Below, piece after piece: positions 36,790 to 50,971 of a DNA stretch of 64,000 nucleotides; positions within the stretch are counted from its first letter, which is position 1, and the number at the start of each line of letters is the position of its first letter. The stretch comes from Cyanophora paradoxa CCMP329 (lineage: Eukaryota > Plantae > Glaucophyta): the NCBI GenBank assembly GCA_004431415.1, contig QPMI01000582.1, positions 1 through 64,000 on the forward strand. The letters are read 5' to 3'. The notes beneath the pieces were generated by a model. It did not search any database. It was not told the origin of the DNA and worked only from the letters and a program-made list of their open reading frames with translations. Made by a program: the position numbers and the translations under genes.

Positions 36790-39700
36790 GTGCGTTACTT
36801 CACGCACATGGTTTATTACAATAATGAGTGCAATTAACGTGTTTTCGTGCAGATCTAAAATAACGCCCTCCATCACCGGGACCTGGATGTACATGCAGCC
36901 GGACTGCCCGCCGATGACCACCGCGTTCCTAGATAGATATTCGTCCAACCCACCCCCCGCTGCCTGGCGTCCTCCAGGCCACCCATCGTTAATAGCATCG
37001 TCAGCTTGCTTGCCGTCCCTCCCCTCCCGCCCCCCGCTGATCTCTCCATCTCTGTGCAGGCCACCGCGCTGGTCAGTCGAAGCGGCCGGCGTCCGGCGCC
37101 TCCATCGTGTCGTTTTCCCCGTGAGCCTTCCGGGCCGCCCCCGCCGCCCGCGCTCCGCGCTGACTGGCGCCCTTCAGGTCTCCCACCGTCCCTAGCCTCG
37201 TCAGCTCGCCCGCCCGCCCTGCCCCCGCCCCCCGCCGATCTCCCCGTTTCTCCCCGCCGATCCCTGAACGAGTTGCGCCATGAAGGGGACCTGGTCGTGT
37301 ATACAACCTGCCTGCCCGCTCATACTCTCGAACTTTGTAAATAGCTTTCGAGCGTGCCCTTGCAGATTCAAGTTTGCTAGCCCTCAGTTAGCGCAGATAT
37401 AGCAAGCATGAATATTCGCAACCCTTTGCGTCGAACCAAACCCAATTGCGCAATATAAAATATATTCATTATACCAAACCAACCAACCAAATCGCAATCG
37501 CAATCGAACCAACCAAACCCAGTTCATTATATATTCGCTCTCCTCATTACATTGCTCCCTGGCCAGCGAGCTCCCCCTCGAGCTGGCTATAGCGGGCCAG
37601 CCCATTGCCCCAGTGCCAAGCCGGCGAAACTTTTGAAGCCCGGCCATGCAACTGGGCGGGGCTGAGTTTGAGACACAAAAGCGCGCTCGAGCGAATATAT
37701 GTGGGTGCCTACCTCGTACAAAGTCCAGGGAACATACTCGAGCGAATATCTATGTAAGTATATGTATATGTAGCAGTGGAAATGTAGAGGCACTCCCTGA
37801 TCTCGACTGCGCTCATCGTCGCCCCCGCTCATCTCCCGCGCTTCCTCCCGATTTTTTTAACTACGTTTTTGCCTGGCATTTCTAGAATATTTGTCCGGAG
37901 CCGGGCCAGCTCTCGAGCGCCGTCCGAGGCTCTGGCGTACGGGCCAGCCCGGCGGCCCAGCTATATATACGGTAGCCAGCGAGCCAACTGTGACAGCCGC
38001 GAGGGCGGCCGCGAGGCTTCGCCGTACTTAGTGCTCCGCAGGAGCACGGATCTTGTCAGGCGAAGCCTCTTTCTCAAACCCAAAAACCGACGATCTAAAT
38101 TCCTTTTTTAACCTTTTTTTCCACTCAAGATCCCCCCTGCTTAATAATTTCCGTGTCGCACTCCCTCGAGGCAGAATTAATAATTCTGCCTCGACACGGA
38201 CGCGATTGCTGCTAGTCACTCAGCCACACGAACCCCCACAGACCTCTCTAGATCCATTTTTAGCGTCGTAGCTGCCCTAAGACGACCGCTCCCCCGTAGG
38301 CATCCCGCGAAAATCGAATTTCCCTCTGGATCAATTCCGGTACTTAACCTCCGACAAATGCAGTCCGAGTCCGAAGGTGGGACCCGGTCCCGCCCGGTCC
38401 CGCGACGAAATCGCGCCAGGGACGCCCCAGAACGATACAGAATGACGCGCGAGGGCGAGCGCATCGCCGCAAGCTCGATTTCGGGCGCCGTCGACGCTCC
38501 AGTGCGAAGAGTCGGCCGAAAATTTGATCCGGCCGGTTCCGGCCGGTCCCGCGACGCGCGCAATCCATGCGTACTGGCGCGCATAGACATAGCAGCGCCT
38601 GCGCACCCCGAAATCCGCTTTTCGGAGCCGGAAGAGCGCAGGAAGGTACCCGACGGCAAAAATTCGATCCTAGACAGGCCCGGAGATCTTTCCGCGCGCC
38701 CACGCCGCGGCGCATGCGCGGAACGATAGCATAAGCATTTGAGATGTAGACAAAGCATTCCGCACGCTTTACAGATGCGCCGGACCGCGGGGACCCAGCC
38801 GACCCCGAAAATTCGATCCTTCACGGACCTGCACATCTTTCCGCGCGCCCTCGCATCCTCACGCGAGCGCATCGCTACAGTATTCAGTTGAGATCTTTTT
38901 AAAGCTTTTCGCAAGCTCTGCGGGCGCGACAGGGCACGAGAACCCAGCCGACGCAAAAATTCGATCCTGAACGGGCCTGCACATCTTTCCGCGCGCCCAC
39001 GCCGCGGCGCATGCTCAGAGCTTTCCGCGCGCCCTCGCATCGTCACGCGAGCGCATCGCTACAATATGCATTTGAGATCGTTTTAAAGCTTTCCGCGAGC
39101 TCTGCGGGCGCGACAGCGCACGACAACCCAGCCGACGCCAAAAATTCGATCCTGGCCACGCCTGCACATCTTTCCGCGCGCCCTCGCCTCCGCAGCCCCG
39201 CACATCGATGCTATATGCATTCGCTGGCCAGTCGCTGAGTGCCCTATAGGCCTACTGTGACAGCCGCGAGGGCGTCCGCGAGGCTTCGCCGTACTTAGTG
39301 CTCCGCAGGAGCACGGATCTTGTCTCAAACCCAAAAACCGCCGAGCGAAATTCCTTTTTTAACCTTTTTTTCAACTCGAGATCTCCCCTACTAAATAATT
39401 TCCGTATCGCACTCCCTCGAGGCAGAATTATTAATTCTGCCTCGACACGGACGCGATTGATGGACATTACACAGCTGCCCGAACCCCCACAGACCCCTCT
39501 AGAGCCATTTTTAGCGTCCTGGCTCCCCTAAGACGACCGCTCTCCCGTGGACGTCGCGCGAACATCGAATTTCCCTCTGGATCAATTCCGGTACTTAACC
39601 TCCGACAAACACAGTCCGAGTCAGAAGGTGGGACCCGGTCCCGCCCGGTCCCGCGACGAAATCGCGCCAGGGACGCCCCAGAACGATACAGAATGCCGCG

Positions 39701-42700
39701 CGAGGGCGAGCGCATCGCCGCAAGCTCGATTTCAAGCGCCGTCGACGCTCCAGTGCGAAGAGTCGGCCGAAAATTTGATCCGGCCGGTTCCGGCCGGTCC
39801 CGCGACGCGCGCAATCGATGCGTACGGGCGCGCATGGACATAGCAGCGCCTGCGCACCCCCGAAATCCGCTTTTCGGAGCCGGAAGAGCGCAGGAAGGTA
39901 CCCGACGGCAAAAATTCGATCCTAGACAGGCCCGGAGATCTTTCCGCGCGCCCGCGCCGCGGCGCATGCGCGGAACGATAGCATAAGCATTTGAGATGTA
40001 GAAGAAGCCTTCCGCACGGTCTCTAAATGCGCCGGGCCGCGAGGACCCAGCCGACCCCGGAAATTCGATCCTGGACGGACCTGCACAACTTTCCGCGCGC
40101 CCTCGCATCCTCACGCGAGCGCATCGCTACAATTTTCAGTTGACTCCTTTTTAAAGCTTTTCGCAAGCTCTGCAGGCGCGACAGGGCACGAGAACCGAGC
40201 CGACGCAAAAATTCGATCCTGGACATACCCGACGGCAAGAATTCGATCCTAGACAGGCCCGGAGATCTTTCCGCGCGCCCACGCCGCGGCGCATGCGCGG
40301 AACGATAGCATATGCATTTTAGATGTAGAAGAAGACTTCCGCACGGTCTCTAAATGCACCAGGCCGCGAGGACCCAGCCGACCCCGAAAATTCGATCCTG
40401 TACGGACCTGAACATCTTTCCGCACGCCCTCGCATTCTCGCGCATGCGCATCGCTACAATATTCATTTGAGATTTTATCAAAGCCTTCCACAAGCTTCGA
40501 AGACGCGAAAGAGCACGAGAACCCAGCCGACGGCAAAAATTCGATCCTGCACGGACCCGGACATCTTTCCGCGCGCCCACGCCGCGGCGCATGCGCGGAA
40601 CAATAGCATAAGCATTTGAGATGTAGGCAAAGACTTCCGCACGCTTTGCGTATGCGCCGAGCCGCGAGGACCCAGCCGACCCCGAAAATTCGATCCTGTA
40701 CGTATACGGACCTGCACAGCTTTCCGCGCGCCCTCGCATCCTCGCGCGTGCGCATCGCTACAATAGTAATTTGAGATCTTTGTTAAGCTTTTCGCGAGCT
40801 CCGAGGACGCGACAGGGCGCGAGAATCCAGCCGACCCCGAAAATTCGATCCTGCATGGACCTGCACGTCTTTCCGCGCGCCCTCGCCTCCGCAGCCCCGC
40901 ACATCGATGCTATATACATTCGATCGCGAGATTCTGTTTAAGCGATTCGCAAGCTCTGTGCATGCGCCTGGCCGCGAGAACCTCGCCCCTCCCGGGCCTC
41001 CTTCCCAACAATATTATAATTAATCTCTTCTCAATCTGCTCCACCCTTTAGTTCCTCAGTAAATTAATATTCCTCTAGCCGGCCAGCGCTAGCTGGACTG
41101 GCCGTCAGCCAGCCAGCTTCCAGCCAGCTGCAGAAAGCTGTTCGCGATCGGCCAGGCCGCTGGCCAGTCGCTGAGTGCCCTATATATATAGGCCTACTGT
41201 AACAGCGGCGAGGGCGTCCGCGAGGCTTCGCCGTACTTAGTGCTCCGCAGGAGCACGGATCTTGTCAGGCGAAGCCTCTTTCTCAAACCCAAAAACCGAC
41301 GATCTAAATTCCTTTTTTAACCTTTTTTTCCACTCGAGATCCCCCCTGCTAAATAATTTCCGTGTCGCACTCCCTCGAGCCAGAATTATTAATTCTGCCT
41401 CGACACGGACGCGATTGCCGCTAGTCACACACCCACCCGAACCCCCACAGACCTCTCTAGATCCATTTTTAGCGTCCTGGCTCCCCTAAGACGACCGCTC
41501 CCCCGTGGGCGTCCCGCGAAAATCGAATTTCCCTCTGGATCAATTCCGGTACTTAACCTCCGACAAATGCAGTCCGAGTCAGAAGGTGGGACCCGGTCCC
41601 GCCCGGTCCCGCGACGAAATCGCGCCAGGGACGCCCCAGAGCGATACAGAATGACGCGCGAGGGCGAGCGCATCGCCGCAAGCTCGATTTCGGGCGCCCT
41701 CGACGCTCCAGTGCGAACAGTCGCCCGAAAATTTGATCCGGCCGGTTCCGGCCGGTCCCGCGAAGCGCACAAACGATGCGTACGAGCGCGCATAGAAATA
41801 GCAGGGCCTGCGCACCCCCGAAATCCGCTTTTCAGAGGCCGAACAGCGCAGGAAGGTACCCGACAGCAAAAATTCGATCCTGCACAGGCCCGGACATCTT
41901 TCCGCGCGCCCGCGCCGCGGCGCACGCGCGGAACGATAGCATAAGCATTTAAGATGTACAAGAAGACTTCCGCACGCTTTATAAATGCACCAGGCCGCGA
42001 GGACCTAGCCGACCCCGAAAATTCGATCCTCTACAGACCTGCAGACCTTTCCGCGGTCCCGCGACGAAACCGCGCCAGGGACGCCCCAGACCGATACAGA
42101 ATGACGCGCGAGGGCGAGCGCATCGCCGCAAGCTCGATTTCGGGCGCCGTCGACGCTCCAGTGCGAAGAGTCGGCCGAAAATTTGATCCGGCCGGTCCCA
42201 CCCGGTCCCGCGACGCGCGCAATCGATGCGCACTGGCGCGCATAGACATAGCAGGGCCTGCGCACCCACGAAATCCGCTTTTCGGATGCCGAACAGCGCA
42301 CGAAGGTACCCGACGGCAAAAATTTGATCCTGCACCGGCCTGGACATCTTTCCGCGCACTCATGCCGCGGCGCATGCGCGGAACAATAGCATAAGCATTT
42401 GAGATGTAGAAGAAGCCTTCCGCACGCTTTATAGCTGCGCCGGGCCGCGAGGACCCAGCCCACCCCGAAAATTCGATCCTCTACAGACCTGCAGACCTTT
42501 CCGCGCGCCCTCGCATCCTCGCGCGTGCGCATCGCTACAATAGTAATTTGACATCTTCGTTAAGCTTTTTGCGACCCCCGACAACGCGACAGGGCGCGAG
42601 AATCCAGCCGACCCTGAAAATTCGATCCTGCATGGACCTGCACGTCTTTCCTCGCGCCCTCGCCTCCGCAACCCTGCACATTGGTACTATATGCATGCGA

Positions 42701-45700
42701 GATTCTTTTTAAGCGATTGGCAAGCTCTGCGCATGCGCCTGGCTGCAAGAACCTCGCCCCTCCGGATCCTCGGGCTCCCACCCCCCCCACGTGCACAAGC
42801 CAATACATAAAATCTCCTCTCAATATGCTCCACCAGTTAAAAGCAAGCCAGTACGTCCAACTCCTCCCCTAATTATAAATTCCCTCTAGCTCCTCGATCA
42901 TTACATTCCTCTCTGGCCAGCCAGGTTCGTCCCCAGCCCTCTGGCTATATATATAGCTAGCGAGCCAGCATGCATATATATGGCCCGGCCGCCAGCTTCG
43001 AATTCCAGCCAGCCATTTGGCCGGGCAGCGCGCTGGCCAGTGCGCTAGGCCTAGGCTGCCAAGGCCTACTGTGACAGCCGCGAGAGCGTCCGCGAGGCTT
43101 CGCCGTACTTAGTGCTCCGCAGGAGCACGGATCTTGTCTCAAACCCAAAAACCGACGATCTAAATTCCTTTTTTAACCTTTTTTTCCACTCGAGATCCCC
43201 CCTGCTAAATAATTTCCGTGTCGCACTCCCTCGAGCCAGAATTATTAATTCTGCCTCGACACGGACGCGATTGCCGCTAGTCACACACCCACCCGAACCC
43301 CCACAGACCTCTCTAGATCCATTTTTAGCGTCCTGGCTCCCCTAAGACGACCGCTCCCCGTGGGCGTCCCGCGAAAATCGAATTTCCCTCTGGATCAATT
43401 CCGGTACTTAACCTCCGACAAATGCAGTCCGAGTCAGAAGGTGGGACCCGGTCCCGCCCGGTCCCGCGACGAAATCGCGCCAGGGACGCCCCAGAGCGAT
43501 ACAGAATGACGCGCGAGGGCGAGCGCATCGCCGCAAGCTCGATTTCGGGCGCCCTCGACGCTCCAGTGCGAACAGTCGCCCGAAAATTTGATCCGGCCGG
43601 TTCCGGCCGGTCCCGCGAAGCGCACAAACGATGCGTACGAGCGCGCATAGAAATAGCAGGGCCTGCGCACCCCGAAATCCGCTTTTCAGAGGCCGAACAG
43701 CGCAGGAAGGTACCCGACAGCAAAAATTCGATCCTGCACAGGCCCGGACATCTTTCCGCGCGCCCGCGCCGCGGCGCACGCGCGGAACGATAGCATAAGC
43801 ATTTAAGATGTACAAGAAGACTTCCGCACGCTTTATAAATGCACCAGGCCGCGAGGACCTAGCCGACCCCGAAAATTCGATCCTCTACAGACCTGCAGAC
43901 CTTTCCGCGGTCCCGCGACGAAACCGCGCCAGGGACGCCCCAGACCGATACAGAATGACGCGCGAGGGCGAGCGCATCGCCGCAAGCTCGATTTCGGGCG
44001 CCGTCGACGCTCCAGTGCGAAGAGTCGGCCGAAAATTTGATCCGGCCGGTCCCACCCGGTCCCGCGACGCGCGCAATCGATGCGCACTGGCGCGCATAGA
44101 CATAGCAGGGCCTGCGCACCCACGAAATCCGCTTTTCGGATGCCGAACAGCGCACGAAGGTACCCGACGGCAAAAATTTGATCCTGCACCGGCCTGGACA
44201 TCTTTCCGCGCACTCATGCCGCGGCGCATGCGCGGAACAATAGCATAAGCATTTGAGATGTAGAAGAAGCCTTCCGCACGCTTTATAGCTGCGCCGGGCC
44301 GCGAGGACCCAGCCCACCCCGAAAATTCGATCCTCTACAGACCTGCAGACCTTTCCGCGCGCCCTCGCATCCTCGCGCGTGCGCATCGCTACAATAGTAA
44401 TTTGACATCTTCGTTAAGCTTTTTGCGACCCCCGACAACGCGACAGGGCGCGAGAATCCAGCCGACCCTGAAAATTCGATCCTGCATGGACCTGCACGTC
44501 TTTCCTCGCGCCCTCGCCTCCGCAACCCTGCACATTGGTACTATATGCATGCGAGATTCTTTTTAAGCGATTGGCAAGCTCTGCGCATGCGCCTGGCTGC
44601 AAGAACCTCGCCCCTCCGGATCCTCGGGCTCCCACCCCCCCCACGTGCACAAGCCAATACATAAAATCTCCTCTCAATATGCTCCACCAGTTAAAAGCAA
44701 GCCAGTACGTCCAACTCCTCCCCTAATTATAAATTCCCTCTAGCTCCTCGATCATTACATTCCTCTCTGGCCAGCCAGGTTCGTCCCCCAGCCCTCTGGC
44801 TATATATATAGCTAGCGAGCCAGCATGCATATATATGGCCCGGCCGCCAGCTTCGAATTCCAGCCAGCCATTTGGCCGGGCAGCGCGCTGGCCAGTGCGC
44901 TAGGCCTAGGCTGCCAAGGCCTACTGTGACAGCCGCGAGAGCGTCCGCGAGGCTTCGCCGTACTTAGTGCTCCGCAGGAGCACGGATCTTGTCTCAAACC
45001 CAAAAACCGCCGATATAAATTCCTTTTTTAACCTTTTTTTCCACTCGAGATCTCCCCTGCTAAATAATTTCCGCGTCGCGCTCCCTCGAGCCAGAATTAT
45101 TAATTCTGCCTCGACACGGACGCGATTGCCGCTAATGACTCAGCTACCCTAACCCCCACAGATCTCTCTAGATCCATTTTTAGCGTCCTGGCTCCCCTAA
45201 GACGACCGCTCTCCCGTGGCCGTCGCGCGAAAATCGAATTTCCCTCTGGATCAATTCCGATACTTAACCTCCGACAAATGCAGTCCGGGTCAGAAGGTGG
45301 GACCCGGTCCCGCCCGGTCCCGCGACGAAATGGCGCCAGGCACGCCCCAGAACGATACAGAATGACGCGCGAGGGCGAGCGCATCGCCACAGGCTCGATT
45401 TCGGGCGCCGTCGACGCTCCAGTGCGAAGAGTCGGCCGAAAATTTGATCAAGCCGGTTCCGCCCGGTCCCGCGAAGCGCGCAATCGATGTGTACGGGCGC
45501 GCATAGACATAGCAGCGCCTGCGCACCCCCGAAATCCGCTTTTCGGAGCCGGAAGAGCGCAGGAAGGTACCCGACGGCAAAAATTCGATCCTAGACAGGC
45601 CCGGAGATCTTTCCGCGCGCCCACGCCGCGGCGCATGCGCGGAACGATAGCATAAGCATTTCAGATGTAGACGACGCCTTCCGCACGGTCTCTAAATGCG

Positions 45701-48700
45701 CCGGACCTCGTCGACCCAGCCGACTCCGAAAATTCGATCCTGGACAGACCTGGACATCTTTCCGCGCGCCCTCGCATCCTCACGCAGGCCACATCGCGGG
45801 TATATTCATTCGAGATTTTATCAAAGCCTTCCACAAGCTTCGAAGACGCGAAAGACCACAAGAACCCAACCGGCGGCAAAAATTCGATCCTGCAAGGGCC
45901 CGGACATCTTTCCGCGTGCCCACGCCGCGGTGCATGCGCGGAACAATAGCATAAGCATTTGAGATGTAGAAGAAGCTTTCCGCACGCTTTACAGATGCGC
46001 CGGACCGCGGGGACCCAGCCGACCCCCAAAATTCGATCCTGGACAGACCTGCACATCTTTCCGCGCGCCCTCGCATCCTCACGCACGGGCATCGCTACAA
46101 TATTCATCAGAGATGTTTTAAAAGCCTTTCGCAAGCTCTGCGGACGCAACAGGGCGCGGCAATCCAGCCGACGCAAAAATTCGATCCTGGCCACGCCTGC
46201 ACATCTTTCCGCGCGCCCTCGCCTCCGCAGGCCTACGCATCGAAGCTATATGCATTGTAGATTCTGTTTAAGCAATTCCCAACCTCTGTGCATGCGCCTG
46301 GCCGCGAGAACCTCGCCCCTCCCAGGCCCGGCGGCCTCCTTCCCAACAATATTATATGCTGCCGCTGCTCCCCCCCCCCCCCCCCCGCGCCCAAACATTA
46401 TATATAAATTTTCCTCTGAAGTTTGCGATCCGCTGCACGAGTCACTGAGTTAAAAGCACGCCAGTCGATCGACGTCCAATTCCTGCCGCAACTATAAAAT
46501 TGCTTTTCTCAGTACATTTCTCTCTGGCCAGCCAGGTCTCCACGTGCGCCACGTACTACGGTACGCGTGCACTACTAGCGGACCGTCGGATCGACCTAGC
46601 CCGCGCCGCCACGAGCAAGGTGCGAGGGGGAGGGCCGAGCAGATCGGCAGCCAGCAAGCACTTCATGGGCCTCGGCTCCACGCGACGCTAAGCTAGCAGC
46701 TAAACGCGAAAATCTATCGTCGCTCGCATCTCTACCCCCCACGCCGCAGCTCTGAGATGTGCTCCTCGTACTGGGCGAAATCGAACCTGCACGGCATGCC
46801 CCAACCCACAGTAAGAAAAGACAAGACCGACCGGACGCGCGTCCTACCTCTGCCAAATAGCGAAAAAATCCAGTGAACGCAAGAAAGGGCCGACGGAAAT
46901 TTTCGTCCCTTCCCCAGCAATATATCTAGGACAGGCATCGTTTATAGTCCGCGGAACGATGTACAGGTCCTCAATAGCGATAGGCACACGTGCGCGCTGC
47001 AACGATCGCTAAAAAATGAAAATAGACAGATAAAAACCGACGTTCGAACCGTAAGCAAGACCTCGATGCCGTGCGCCATGCCGCAAGCATCATGCCCGTC
47101 GATCCCCGGGAACTGCTGCGGTTGCGGCCGCACGAGAGTGCAGCGGCGGGCGTCCCTGCATCGGTATCGAAAATATCAATAGGTATATGAGGTTATAATT
47201 ATGGGAACGGCGGTACGCGCTGAGATTTGCATTTAATCTCGACGCACCAGCCAGACCCGTCCTCGCGCCGGGTGCAAATAATGACCTGGAAGCAGCGCGG
47301 GTTCGCAATGTCCGAGAGGCCTAGTGCAATGCCCGCAACGGCTGCCGATAAGGCATCAAGGGCGCCGCAGGTGCACATCAACCGTCAGCAATCACGTACA
47401 AACTTTGTGCAGGCCAAGACGGCCGGCGACGCGGCGAGCCGCATTCTCTTGCCGCGAGAACGAACAAAAACCAGAGCTAGCTTCACCTGGAGCACTGGAG
47501 TACATGTCACGGTACGCGCCCCCATTCATGTAGCTCTCCAGACACCGGCGCGGAGCAGCCACGGAGCACATTACGGTCATGAAGACGGCGAGCCCTGCGC
47601 GTCGGACGATCATGCAACGAGCGGGCGACGACTGCGACATGCGCTTCCAGACGAACGCGGGGCGCGTACGCGAGCGCGGGAATGCGAAATGCGCGCGACG
47701 AGTAACTGCCGCTCTCCCCGGCCACGGTAATTAAATCCGACTGCGAACATAATCGCCTCCAAAAATATCTTTCCCTCTCCTCATTAATATTACATTGCTC
47801 TCTGGCCAGCCAGCTCTCCCTCGACCTGGCTATAGCCTATATATATAGCGGGCCCGGCGGCGGCCTACGTACTGTGACAGCCGAGAGGGCGTCCGCGAGG
47901 CTTCGCCGTACTTAGTGCTCCGCAGGAGCACGGATCTTGTCTCAAACCCAAAAACCGCCGATATAAATTCCTTTTTTAACCTTTTTTTCCACTCAAGATC
48001 CCCCCTGCTAAATAATTTCCGCGTCGCACTCCCTCGAGGACGAATTATTAATTCTGCCTCGACACGGACGCGATTGCCGCTAATGACTCAGCTACCCTAA
48101 CCCCCACAGACCTCTCTAGATCCATTTTTAGCGTCGTGGCTCCCCTAAGACGACCGCTCGCCCGTGGGCGTCGCGCGAAAATCGAATTTCCCTCTGGATC
48201 AATTCCGGTACTTAACCTCCGACAAATGCAGTCCGAGTCAGAAGGTGGGACCCGGTCCCGCCCGGTCCCGCGACGAAATCGCGCCAGGGACGCCCCAGAA
48301 CGATACAGAATGCCGCGCGAGGGCGAGCGCATCGCCGCAAGCTCGATTTCAAGCGCCGTCGACGCTCCAGTGCGAAGAGTCGGCCGAAAATTTGATCCAG
48401 CGCTAGCCGGTCCCGCCCGGTCCCGCGACGCGCGCAATCGATGCGTACTGGCGCGCATGGACATAGCAGGGCCTGCGCACCCCCGAAATCCGCTTTTCGG
48501 AGCCGGAACAGCGCAGGAAGGTACCCGACGGCCAAAATTCGATCCTGCACGCGCCCTGACATCTTTCCGCGCGCCCACGCCGCGGCGCATGCGCGGAACG
48601 ATAGCATAAGCATTTAAGATGTAGGCAAAGTCTTCCGCACGCTTTGCGTATGCGACGGGCCGCGAGGACCCAGCCGACCCCGAAAATTCGATCCTGCATG

Positions 48701-50804
48701 GACCTGCACATCTTTCCGCGCGCCCTCGCCTCGAGCTCCGCAGCCCGCACATCGATGCTATAGCTATATGCATTCAAGATTCTGTTTAAGCGATTCGCAA
48801 GCTCTGTGCATGCGCCTGGCCGCGAGAACCTTGCCCCTCCCGGGCCTCCCTCTCAACAATATTATATATAATTCATCTCCTCTAATCTCAACCTGCTCCG
48901 GCCTCCCTTTATTTCCTCAGTACATTAATATTCCTCTAGTTATATTCCTCTAGCCGGCCAGCGGTAGCTGGACTGGCCGTCAGCCGGCCAGCTTCCAACC
49001 AGAAAGCTGTTCGCGATCGGCCAGGCCGCTGGCCAGTGCCCTATAGGCCTACTGTGACAGCCGCGAGGGCGTCCGCGAGGCTTCGCCGTACTTAGTGCTC
49101 CGCAGGAGCACGGATCTTGTCTCAAACCCAAAAACCGACGACCCTAATTCCTTTTTTAACCTTTTTTTCCACTCAAGATCCCCCCTGCTAAATAATTTCC
49201 GTGTCGCACTCCCTCGAGGCAGAATTATTAATTCTGCCTCGACACGGACGCGATTGCCGCTAATGACTCAGCTACCCTAACCCCCACAGACCTCTCTAGA
49301 TCCATTTTTAGCGTCCTGGCTCCCCTAAGACGACCGCTCGCCCGTGGGCATCCCACGAAAATCGAATTTCCCTCTGGATCAATTCCGGTACTTAACCTCC
49401 GACAAATGCAGTCCGGGTCAGAAGGTGGGACCCGGTCCCGCCCGGTCCCGCGACGAAATCGCGCCAGGGACGCCCCAGAACGATACAGAATGACGGGCGA
49501 GGGCGAGCGCATCGCCGCAAGCTCGATTTCGGGCGCCCTCGACGCTGCAGTCCGAACAGTAGGCCGAAATTTGATCCTCCCGGTTCCGGCCGGTCCCGCG
49601 ACGCGCGCAATCGATGCGTACTGGCGCGTATAGACATAGCAGGGCCTGCGCACCCCCGAAATCCGCTTTTCGGAGCCGGAACAGCGCAGGAAGGTACCCG
49701 ACGGCAAAAATTCGATCCCACACGGGCCCGGACATCTTTCCGCGCGCCCACGCCGCGGCGCACGCGCGGAACGATAGCATAAGCATTTGAGATGTAGAAG
49801 AAGACTTCCGCACGGTCTCTAAATGCACCAGGCCGCGAGGACCCAGCCGACCCCGAAAATTCGATCCTGGACGGACCTGAACATCTTTCCGCGCACCCTC
49901 GCATTCTTGCGCATGCGCATCGCTACAATATTCATTTGAGATTTTATCAAAGCCTTCCACAAGCTTCGAAGACGCGAAAGAGCACGAGAACCCAGCGGAC
50001 GGCAAAAAGTCGATCCTGCACGGACCCGGACATCTTTCCGCGCGCCCACGCCGCGGCGCATGCGCGGAACAATAGCATAAGCATTTGAGATGTAGACAAA
50101 GCATTCCGCACGGTTTACGGATGCGCCGGGCCGCGAGGACCCAGCCGACCCCGAAAATTCGATCCTTCACGGACCTGCACGTCTTTCCGCGCGCCCTCGC
50201 ATCCTCACGCAAGCACATCGCTACTATATTCATTTGGGATTTTATCAAAGCCTTCCACAAGCTTCGAAGACGCGAAAGAGCACGAGAACCCAGCCGGCGG
50301 CAAAAATTCGATCCTGCACGGGCCCGGACATCTTTCCGCGCGCCCACGCCGCGGTGCATGCGCGGAACAATAGCATAAGCATTTGAGATGTAGAAGAAGC
50401 CTTCCGCACGCTTTACGGATGCGCCGGGCCGCGGGGACCCAGCCGACCCCGAAAATTCGATCCTGGACAGACCTGCACATCTTTCCGCGCGCCCTCGCAT
50501 CCTCACGCACGGGCATCGCTACAATATTCATCAGAGATGTTTTAAAAGCCTTTCGCAAGCTCTGCGGACGCAACAGGGCGCGGCAATCCAGCCGACGCAA
50601 AAATTCGATCCTGGCCACGCCTGCACATCTTTCCGCGCGCCCTCGCCTCCGCAGCCCTACACATCGATGCTATATGCATTCGAATTCGAGATTCTGTTTA
50701 AGCGATTCGCGAGATCTGTGCATGCGCCTGGCCGCGAGAACCTCGCCCCTCCCGGGCCTCCTTCCCAACAATATTATATAATTAATCTCCTCTCAATCTG
50801 CTCC

Positions 50805-50971
50805 GCGCTTTAGCGCAGTGGTATAAGGTCGTGCTACGACCTCCCGGATTCCCGGGTTCGGTTCCTGCTGTTTCCGCTACGTTGTACTTCGAATCCCTGT
50901 GATTCCCGATACCGCGACTTGTATCCTCGTTGTGTACTACGAGTGGGCACGCCCACCGTAGATCTTTAAAA
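50805..50971 (+). mobile_element. tRNA-derived SINE (167 bp) inserted in array unit 8
   Basis: A box TAGCGCAGTGG (50811-50821), B box GGTTCGGTTCC (50855-50865), short A tail. 10-bp TSD AATCTGCTCC (50795-50804, 50972-50981). The paralogous site in unit 3 (~41033) is empty. Confidence 0.85.

Noticed and set aside
50805-50880. Functional tRNA gene
   Set aside because: No proper acceptor stem or 7-nt anticodon loop; the TSD and the empty paralogous site indicate a retroposed SINE.
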